From Centroscyllium fabricii (Eukaryota): DNA of 64,000 nt. The notes under the pieces were generated by a model. That model worked only from the letters and a program-made list of their open reading frames with translations. It made no database searches and was not told the DNA's origin. The DNA lies in the NCBI GenBank assembly GCA_051313645.2, contig JBNRSN020000016.1, positions 58,714,001 through 58,778,000 on the forward strand, written 5' to 3'. The translations under genes were made by a program, and so were the position numbers. Below are positions 40,901 through 52,205 of the stretch, piece by piece. The first letter of the stretch is position 1. Every line of letters begins with the position of its first letter.

Positions 40901-43900
40901 AGCGAGCATAGTGGTGAGCGGGACTTGGTGCGAGCTAGGATACGGGCACCAGAGTTTTGGATGAGCTCTAGTTTATGGAGGGTAGAAGATGGGAGGTCCG
41001 CCAGGGGAAGATTGGAATAGTTGAGTCTATGAACATGGGAACAGGGGTAGGCCATTCAATTAGATCATACTTGATCTGTACCTCAACCTCATTTACCTGC
41101 CTTTGACCAATATCCCTTGACACCCTTGCCCAACAAAAATCTATCTCTCTCAGTCTTCAAAGTGTCAATTCACCCAGTATTCACAGCCTTTTGGGGCAGA
41201 GAATTCCAGATTTCTACTACTCTCTTTGTGAAGAAGTGCATCCTGATTTCACCCTTGAATGGCCTGGCTCTAATTTTAAGGTTGTTCTTTTAGTCTGGAT
41301 TTCTCCACCAAAGAAAATAGATTCTCTTCATCTACCCTATCGAAATGACAGATTATATTTATTTTTAGATTCTGTCTTTATCCGCCATTGGGGGGGGAAA
41401 TATTTTTCCAGATAAGTCGAATTGCTTGTAGATTTGGCATGATGCATCGGCATGTAATACTTATGATGAAAATTCTTAAGTATGTTGAGTATTCCTTAAG
41501 AATTGGAGTGATTTACTCCTCCTCACACCCCCCCCCCCCCCTCAAACCATACTCTTAAAAAGCAGATGATGTATGTTATGGTTCTGGCCAGCTTTTCATG
41601 AATGTTAATACAATTTCAGTAATTTAAAAATTATGTTATAGATTTTTTTTTTCTAATTGACATTGGGCCAGAAATTCGGGTGCCTGGGAGTAGTTGCACC
41701 CGCACGGAGGGGTGCCAATATCGCACGGGGCATGCCCATGGATCGGAGCTTTCCGATGCTGAGGGAGAAGAGGCCTCAGCATGGAACGCACAAAAGAATT
41801 GCACCCAAAAATCCCGATGTTTTGGGTGTGATCCTGTGCGTGAATCTGTGGGCAACTGGGCCTAGGGCTGCACGAGAAAATATGAGTCGTAACCTGTGCG
41901 TTGGTGAGAGCAGTGCGTTCCTAAACACAGGTAATGGACTTTTTTACCTTTAATTTTAAGTTTTTAAAGTTTTTTGGAGTAATGTGGCCAGATTGCTATC
42001 ATTAAATTTTGCTGTTAAAGTTGTTTTTTTTTTAATTAAAAATCCAAATTTTAATTGCTATACCTATTCCAAATCGCTTATTTTTAAATTTAAAGTTCAG
42101 AAATTTTTAACTCTTTCCTTAATTTAAAAAACTAAGAGAAAAAATCTCTAAGACTTACCGACATTGAAAAGCTGCTCTGGCCGCGGTGCTCACTGCCGAG
42201 TCTGTGGGTGCAGCAGTGGGCGTGGTCCTAATAATGGCCTCACGTCCCTGGGGCGTTTTTAATTTAAATTAGGGATCTGTGGGCGGGGCATCACTGCTAC
42301 GCACGCACGACGGCAAGCCATATACTGCGCTCCTAGCGTGGCTGGACTGCCACGCAGCGCAGGAACGGGGCGGAGCCAACAGGAAGGTCTGGACGTAAAA
42401 AAAAGTGAGATGATGGTGCGATGCTATAGGTCCCTGCACCCGCACAAACCGGCACACTGGAATTTCTGGCACAATGTTTTATACATCCTGCACAGTTAAT
42501 TTTATCAGGCTTTTAGCAAACATAAATAATTTCCTGTCACTTTTAATCTTCTTCTCTTCTCTTCCAACCCCTACCTCAGGCATGCTGGGGACTGTGTGTA
42601 ATCTTTGTTTATACAACCTAGGGCAGATTCTCCAAACAAAAGTATAATACTGTGGATGCTGGAAATCTGAAATAAAAACAGAAAATGCTGGAAACACTCA
42701 GCAGGTCAGGCAGCTTCATGGAGAGAAAAACCGAGTTAACGTTTCTCCAATTGTTTTAATGTGCAAGAAGCAGGCACCTTATGAGGAAAAGTACCAGGCT
42801 TCCTGAGAAAGAAGAATTTAAGCAATTCCCTCCTCCCAGGGTCACTGGAATGAGTTTATACACATTGCCAAAATGGATCGGCTATTGCCGACGCCTCTTC
42901 TACAGTTCGAGACAAAGTTCAAGTATACATGGATAATGCTGCATGAACTGTCAGACTATTGCAGCAACTGGCTGTGCACCTTTGATGCTGGCACAGACAA
43001 CAATTCCCTGCTGCACCGATTTTACTGTCCAGTTGTGTAGGGTTATTTCAAAAAGTGTGTTCAAAAATTGTAAAACTTAAGAGGTTTAGTATATTGGTTA
43101 ACTGCTATCTGAATAATTTGAGAAATCCTTTTAGCGTTTTGTACCAGATTTAGTGTGTAGGTAGAGCTAATCATTGAGATTTTATTTTAAAAAATTAGGA
43201 TGTGTCCAAAAATTAAACATTAAACATTATTTGGTTTATAGTTCATCAATTCGAGAAGTGAATAGATTTCATTATTTAGTGAAAGGACATATCTAATGAT
43301 TATTTGGACCATTTATTAAAATAGTAACATTTTAAGCTTCCTTAATTATTATACAGGTTGAGCACCGTTAATCCGGCACGGGCGGGACCAGGCCCGTGCC
43401 GGGAAATGGAAAAAACCGGGAGAACGAGTTTGGACACTGCGCATGCGCACCAGTCAAAATGGCAGCGCGCATGCGCGCAACATTGCTATTGGCTGTCGCG
43501 CGCATGCGCAGATCGTCCAATATTGGCCGCCGCGAAGTTTTTTGATGGGCTCAGGCTTTTGTGGCTGTCGGGCAGCAGTGAAAGGCCGGTCTTGCGGGGG
43601 GAGGCAGGAGGGTGGCGCGGGTCGGGGAAGGAGGGTGGCGCGGCGCGGCGGGGGAAGGAGGAAGGCGCGGGTCCGGGGGGGGGAAAGGATTGTGGCGCGG
43701 GTCCGGGGGGGGGGTGTGGAAAGGAGGGTGGCGCGGGTCGGCGGGGGGGCAATTTATCCAATCCCGTTTTGCTTTCAATTGTAAGAGGTCACACGGCGCC
43801 AGGCTGTGGTTCAACGGTTTTAGTTGGGGTCACGGGCTTTCGGAGCGCCGCTTCCCCGTCAGGTGATGGGGGAGCGGCGCTCCGAAGGCTCGTGATTTCG

Positions 43901-46900
43901 AGTGGGACTTTTGCACTACAGCCTGGTGCTGTGTGGCTTCTTACAATTGTCCATCCCAGTCCAACACCAGCACCTCCACATCATGGCTTCAATTAGTTAT
44001 CGATAAAATAACCTTGAATTATCTGCGCATGCGCTAACCTTCCGGCGACGCATGCGCAGATCATTCAAAACACCCGCAGCTGTTTTGAATGATCTGCGCA
44101 TGCGCTCGGCGCATGCGCAGATCATTCGTTGAAGCCACGATGGCGGCTGCCATTTTGCGCATGCGCAGTGCAGTCGGGGCAATTTGTGCCGGCAGACTGA
44201 AGCTGCCGGCTATTCGGTTACCGGATTAACGGTGCTCAACCTGTACTGCCTTTTTAATTGCTTTTTAGATTAAGCCTGCAAAATCTTCAAACTATTTTAG
44301 TACTTTTACTGGTGACATCGTGCATCATTTCAAAAATAATTATTCTTGTCAAGTTCAAGAGAACTATATTGGACATTTATCATAAAATTTAAATGGATGG
44401 TTGTGTTGCATTGGATTTTGGTGTCTTGTTCCCTTATCGTACAGTTAATTTGGCAATTGGATTTTAGTGTGCTGTTTGTCAATTGTTTTTTGATATAAAA
44501 ATGCTATTCTGTATTGATAAGCACCTTTTGAGGTAAATACAAAAATATTAGCCAAGAGAGTAACTTCTATATCAAAAGTACTCCATTAATTGATTCCGTT
44601 TTAAAAGCCAAAGATTAAATAAATGCTCTTGGTAGGTTGAATGAGCATGCTATATATTGTGAGCATGGTACAGGTTGAGCACCAGTAATCCGTGACCCGA
44701 AACGCCGGCAACTTCACTCTTCCGGAACAAATTGCCCCGACTGCACTGCGCATGCGCAAAATGGCAGCCGCGATCGCGGCTTCGGCGAATGATCTGCGCA
44801 TGCGCCGCCGGACGGCGAGCGCATGCGCAGATCATTCAAAACGGCCGCTGGACGAGCCGGGCCTTCCGTGGCGTCGGGGCGTGGCGGCTCGCGCCGCGTT
44901 TTGAATGTGCGAGTCCCGAGTGCCCGCCATGGTGAAGCGCGCGGTTCCCCGGAGCAGCCTGCTGGCCGTCATCAGGAGGCACAAACCGCAGCTGAGACTC
45001 CGCAAGGACGTTCAGCGGCCATTTCCAATGTTGTGCGCATGCGCGCAGCCATTTTGAATGGTGTGCGTATGCGCACTGACCGACTTCATTCTGCCGGTTT
45101 GTTCACTTTCCCGGCACGGGCCTGGTCCCGCCTGTGTCGGATTTCCGGTGCTCAACCTGTACAACATTGTATATATATTTGAGACTATTTAGATCTAGTT
45201 CAGCAGAGGTCTACTGACTTTACTCCTGTGATAAACACTGGTTGATTAGCTGGAGAATTGGCGTATCCTGAGAAATGAAACTTGAATGAATTGGAATTTG
45301 CTTATATTTCCTGGTATCTTCATCTTGCATGGCGATTGATATCATTAGGAGCAATATCCATTTTACATTCTTTTTGTACAATTATTAAGGTATTACAAAA
45401 AAGTTTGAACATTTAACTCAAATGCACCACAATAATAAAGTTGTGTTGGTTTGAAATCTGTTTATAATTGCATTGTGCTGCAGATTGTTTTATAATTTTT
45501 TTTATTTTTAGATGATTTTCAACGGCTATTAAATGATGGTGTCTTAAGTGCAAGCCCACAATGTCTGCAAATTTTGGTCACTTGGGCTCATCATCATGGC
45601 AGCAACTGCGGGTCCCCACCAAACGTACAGAGCGTTTTATCTGCAGAGTATCGCGGAGTAGTCGGAGCTGTATGGGGGTGTCCGGAGGGACACAGTTACA
45701 TCCTGGACGTGCATTCAAATCACAACATTGTAATGAACGAGGGACCGTGCCCACGCAAAGAAAATAATGACTTAAAGAAAGAGGAAATTGTGGGGAGCAC
45801 ATTATCCCTATCACCTCAGAATGGAACAGGTACTGAAAATGGTGAGGGTGGTTCTGGCTCTAAGCTTCAATCCGGCCCAGTGTCACTTTGGTCATCCGAC
45901 TCTCAGCCCTGTACATACAGTGGAGTTGCTTCACAGCCAGCAGATGTTCACAGCTCAGAATGTCCGTTGAGCAAGGATATGATTTTGCGCTCAGATCCTG
46001 ATGGTACTGAATGCTCTTGGGAAAAAGTTCAGTTACAGGATGCCACTCAAGTATTAAATGCAAAAGGTAAGAAATTTGTTTTAATGCTAAATTATGAGGT
46101 GTAACTTTTGTATTACACAATTGAAATGTTTGTAATCTTGGTTATCATAGAGTGGTTACAGCGCAGAAGGAGACCATTCAGCCCATGCCGGCTCTCTGCA
46201 AGAGCACTTCAGCTAGTCCCACTCCCCTACCCTTTCCCTGTAGCCCTGAATTTTTTTTCCTTCAGGTACTTATCTATTTTTTTTTTGAAAGCCACGATTG
46301 AATCTGCCTCCACCAGCCTCTCCGGCCGTGCATTCCAGATCCTAACCACTCGCTGCGTAAAATGTTTTTCCTCCTGTCGCCTTTGGATCTTCTGCCAATC
46401 ACCTTCAATCTCTCTATTTACTGTCCAGACCTTTCATGATTTTGAACACCTCTATCAAAACTCCTCTCAACCTTCTCTGCTCCAAGGAGAACAACCCCAG
46501 CTTCTCCATGCAGGCTCTGACCATCATTTTCCAATCCTCTCTGGCTACAGGTGTTGTGCTGTGCTAATGTGGTACCGTTATTTTAAAAAGGAGAAAGGGA
46601 TAAACTGAGTGATTACAGACTCAGCCTAACCTTGGTGGTGGGAAAATTATTGGAAAAAATTCTGAGGGACAGGGTGGATCTTCATTTAGAAAGACACGGA
46701 TTACTTAAGGACAGTCAGCGTGGATTTGTTAAGGGGAGGTCGTATCTGACTAACTTGATTGAATTTTTTGAGGAGGTAACCAGGAGGGTCGATGAGGGTT
46801 GTGCATTTGATGTAGTGTATATGGATTTTAGCAAGGCTTTTTCTGGGGTCCCACATGGCAGACTGGTCATGGAAGTAAAAGCCCGTGGGATACAAGGCAA

Positions 46901-49900
46901 AGTGGCAAGTTGGATCCAAAATTGGCTCAGAAGGAGGAAGCAAAGGGTTATGGTCGATGGGTGTTTTTGTGACTGTGTAAGGCTGGTTCCAGTGGGGTTC
47001 CGCAGGGCTCAGTACTAGGTCCCTTGCTTTTTGTGGCATATATCAATGATTTAGACTTGAATGTAGGGGGTATAATTAAGAAGTTTGCAGATGATACAAA
47101 AATTGGCCGTGCAGTGGATAATGAAGAAGAAAGCTGCAGACTGCAGGAAGATATCAATGGACTGGTCAGGTATGCAGAACAGTGGCAAATGGAATTCAAT
47201 CCGGACAAGTGCGAGGTAATGCATTTGGAGAGGGCTAACAAGTCAAGGGAATAGACAATAAATGGTAGGACACTGATAAGTAGAGGGACCTTGGAGTGCA
47301 TGTCCACAGATCCCTGAAGGTTGCAGGACAGGTAGATAAGGTGGCTAAGAAGGCATACGGGATACTTGCCTTTATTAGCCAAGGCATAGAATATAAGAAC
47401 AGGGAGATTATTTCGAACTGTATGAAACACTAGTTAGGCCGCAGCTAGAATACTGCATACAGTTCTGGTCATCACATTACAGGAAGGATGTGATTGCACC
47501 AGAAAATTTGCTCATGGGATGTGGGCATCGCCGGCAAGGCCAGCATTTATTGCCCATCCCTAGTTGCCCTCGAGAAGGTGGTGGTGAGCCACCTTCTTGA
47601 ACCGCTGCAGTCCGTGTGGTGAAGGTACTCCAACAGTGCTGTTAGGTAGGGAGTTCCAGGATTTTGACCCAGCGACGATGAAGGATTGGCGATATACTTC
47701 TCAGTCAGGATGGTGTGTGACTTGGAGGGGAACTTGGAGGCGGTAGTGTTCCCATGAGCCTGCTGCCCTTGGTGGAAGAGGTCGCGGGTTTGGGAGGTGC
47801 TGCCGAAGAAGTCTTGGTGAGTTGCTGCAGTGCATCTTGTAGATTATACACACTGCAGCCACGGTACGCCGGTGGTGGAGAGAGTGAATGTTCAAGGTGG
47901 TGGATGGAATGCCAATCAAACGGGCTGCTTTGTCCTGGATGGTGTCGAGCTTCTTGAGTGTTCTTGGAGCTGCACTCATCCAGACAAGTGGAGAGTATTC
48001 CATCACACTCTTGACTTGTGCCTTGTAGATGGTGGAAAGGCTTTGGGGAGTCAGGAGGTGAAACACTCTCTGCAGAATACCCAGCCTCTGACCTGCTCTT
48101 GTTGCCACAGTATTTATGTGGCTGGTCAAATTAAGTTTCTGGTCAATGCTAACCCCCCCAGGATGTTGATGGTGGGGGATTTGGCAATGATAATGCAATT
48201 GAATGTCGAGGGGAGGTAGTTAGAATCTCGCTTGTTGGAGATAGTCATTGCCTGGAACTTCTGTGGCACAAATGTTAACTGCCACTTATCAGCCCAAGCC
48301 TGAACATCGTACAGGTCTTGTTGCATTTGGGCAAGGATGAATTCATTATCTGAGGAGTTGTGAATGGTACTGAACACTGTGCAGTCATCAGCGAAGATCC
48401 CCATTTCTGACCTTTTGGTGGAGGGAAGGTCATTGATGAAGCAGCTGAAGATGGTTGGGCCTAGGACACTGCCCTGAGGAACTCCTGCAGTGATGTCCTG
48501 GGGCTGTGATGATTGTCCTTCAAACACCACAACCATCTTCCTTTGTGCTAGGTATGACTCCAACCAGTGGAGTGTTTTCCCCCTGTTTCCCATTGACTTC
48601 AGTTTTACTAGGGTTCTTTGATGCCACACTCGGTCAAATGCTGCCTTGATGTCGAGGGCAATCACTCTCGCTTCACCGCTGGAATTCAGCTCCTTTGTCC
48701 CTGTTTGGACCAAGGCTGTAATGAGGTTGGGAGCCAAGTGGTCTTGGTGGACCCCAAACTGGGCATCAGTGAGCTAGTTATTGGTGAGTAAGTGCCGTTT
48801 GATAGCACTGTCGATGACACATAGAAACATAGAAGATAAGAGCAGGATTAGGCCATTCAGCCCTTCGAGCCTGCTCCGCCATTCAATGAGATCATGGCTG
48901 ATCATCCAAACCCAGTACCCTGTCCCCATATCCCTCGATCCCTATCACGGTAACCCCACATATTCAATCCCCCTAACACTAAGGGTCAATTTATCATGGC
49001 CAATCAAACAAACCCGCACATCTTTGGACTGTGGGAGGAAACCGGAGCACCCGGAGGAAACCCATGCAGACACGGGGAGAATGTGCAAACTCCACACAGA
49101 TAGTACCCGAGGCTGGATTTGAACCCGGGTCTCCAGTGCTGTAAGGCAACAGTGCTAACCACTATGCCACCGTGCCGCCTTCCATCGCTTTGCATCAATT
49201 TACGAGGATGTTGCCTGGGCTGGGCAATTTTAGCAATGAGGAAAGGTTGGATCGGCTGGGGTTGATTTCTTTGGAACAGAGGAGGGGAGACCTTATTGAG
49301 GTGTATAAAAATATGAGGGGCATAAAAATATGAGGGGCCTAGATAGAGTGGATAGGAAGGACCTATTTCCTTTAGCAGAGGGATAACCAGGAGGCATAAA
49401 TTTAAAGTAATTGGTCGGAGGTTTAGAGGGGATTTGAGGAAAAATGTTTTCACCCAGAGGGTGGTGGGGGTCTGGAACCCACTGCCTGAAAGGGTGGTAG
49501 AGGCAGAGATCACATTTACAAAGTACTTGTAGGTTATGGTACTTCAGGTGCATATTCAAGGCTACGGACCAAGTGCTGGAAAGTGAGATTAGGCTGGATC
49601 GCTCTTTTGTCGGCCGGCACGGACAAGATGGGCCGAATGGCCTCCTTCTGTGCTGTAAATTTCTATGATTGTATTCCAGTCTATCCACGCAACTGAAGTC
49701 CCTCATCCCTGGAACCATTCTTGTAAATCTTTTCTGCGCCCTTTCTAAGGCCTTCACATCCTTCCTAAAATGTGATGTCCAGAATTGGACACACTACTCC
49801 AGTTGAAGCCAAACCAGTATTTTATAAAGGTTCATTATAACTTCCTTGCTCTTGTACTCTCTGCCTCTGTTTATGAAGCCCAGGATCCCATAAGCTTTTT

Positions 49901-52173
49901 TAACTGCTTTCTCAACCTGCCCTGCCACCAACGATTTGTGCACATATCCCCCAGCTCTCACTGTTCATGCATCCCCTTTAGAATTGTACCCTTTAGTTTA
50001 TATTGCCTCTCCTCGTTCTTTCTACCAAAATGTATCACTTCGCACTTTCCTGCATTAAATTTCATCTGCCACATGCCAGCCCATTCTACCAGCCTGTCTA
50101 TGTCTTCGTGAAGTCTATCACTATCCTCGCTCTTCACTTTACAGGTTGAACTTCATTAATCCGGCACCCAAAAACCGGCAGCTTCAGTCGTTCGGCACAG
50201 ATTCTCCCGACTGCCCGGCGCATGCACAGACAATTCAAAATGACCGCCGTCGGGGCTGGGCTTCCCTTTCACCAAACATATATTCACTGGATCCCGGTTA
50301 AGTGACCGGATGGTGAATCCCAGGCCCAGAAAATGAGCAGTTGCCGCCTTTCGCAGGACGCGTTACAGCCAAAACTCGGCGCCCGGCTGCCGGAGGCTGC
50401 TGCGTGCTGACGTCACTGCATTCCGAAGCTGGCGTGCAGTGGCGTCACGTGAGCCAGGTTTGAGCCGCGCATTGGGCCTCAGGCCCGCTGGAGCCGTGCA
50501 GCCCGCTCCCTGATCCACCATGGGCAGCAGAATCGAGTGCGTCCTGTGAGTTCCACCCGACCCTAGGGCCGAAAATTACCTCCCAGGTACCAGCGGCGCA
50601 TGTATAGAGTATTAAAAATTTTCCAGTGGCCATTTTGAATGCTCTGCGCATGCGCCGCCGAAGCTTCAATCATTCGGCGTTTTCAATAATTTGGCAGGGT
50701 GCTGGTCCCGACCCTGCCGGATTAACGAACTTCATCCTGTACTTCCAAGTTTTGTGTCATCTGCAAATTTTGAAATTGTGCCCTCTACACCCAATCCTAA
50801 GTCATTAACATATATCAGGAAAAGCAGTGGTCCTAGTTCCGAGCCCTGGGGAACATCACCTTCCTCCAGTCCGAAAAACAACCGTTCACCACTACTCTCT
50901 GTTTCCTGTCACTTAGCCAATTTCGTATCCATGCTGCCACTGTCTCTTTTATTCCATGGGTTTCAATTTTGCTGGCAAGCCTATTATGTGGCACTTTATC
51001 AAATGCTTTTGGTCATCCATGTACACCACGTCAACCGCATTGCCCTCATCAAACCGCTGTTACCTCATCAAAAAACTCAATCGGATTAGTTAAACACGAT
51101 TTGCCTTTAACAAATCCGTGCTGACTTTTCTTAATTAATCTACACTTGTCCAAGTGACTGTTAATTTTGTCCCTGATTATCGTTTCTAAAAGCTTCCCCA
51201 CTACCGAGATTAAACTGACTGGCCTGTGATTGCTGGTTTTATCCTTGCACCCATTTTTGAACAAGGGTGTAACATTTGCAATTCTCCAGTCCTCTGGCAC
51301 CAGCCCCATATCCAAGGAGGATTGGAAGATTATGACCAGTGCCACCACAATGTACAGCTTTACTTCCCTCAGCATCCTAGGATGCTTCCCATCGGGTCCT
51401 GGTGACTTATCTACTTCAGTACAGCCAGCCTTCTAGTACCTCCTCCTTATCAATTTTTATCCCATATCTGAACTACCTCTTTCACTATGACTTTGGCAAC
51501 ATCATCTTCCTTGGTAAAGACAGATGCAAAATGCTCATATTTCGTACCTCAGCCATGCCCTCGGCCTCCATGCGTAGGTCTCCGATTTGGTCCCTAATCA
51601 ACCCCCCTCCCCGCCCCCCTTACTACTGGTTTACTATTTATATGCCTATAGTAGACTTTTGGATTCCCTTTTATGTTAGCTGCCAATCTCTCTTTGCCTC
51701 TCTTTTTTTCACTTCCTCTCTGAGCTTTCTATATTCAGCCTGGTTCTCACTTGTATTCTCAACCTGACATCTGTCATTCGCCCCCTTTTTCTGATTCATT
51801 ATACTCTATCTCTGTCATCCAGGGAGCTCCAACTTTGGTTGCCCTACCTTTCGCCCTTGTGGGAATGTACCTCGACTGTACCCGAACCATCTCCTCTTTA
51901 AAGGCAGCCCATTGTTTGATTACAGTTTTGCCTGCCAATCTTTGATTACAATTTACCTGGGCCCGATCAGTTCTCAACCCACTGTTACAGGAACATGGAA
52001 ATGAGTACTGGAAAGATTAGTATTAATCCCTAGATAAGTCACTGGTAGCAGCTCCATGGAACTCTACTCACTTTAGTGGAACAGATATGCTGGATGTTAA
52101 GAGACTCTATTGAAGTGTGTCAGTTTCTTAGCATTGCTAGTTGGCGGGGGGGGGGGGGGGGGGGGGGGGGGGT

Positions 52174-52205
<32 letters not shown>

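Noticed and set aside
43358-43996. 212-aa Gly-rich ORF and other ORFs within GC-rich MITEs
   Set aside because: They are open because of high GC content and low complexity, and have no transposase motifs.
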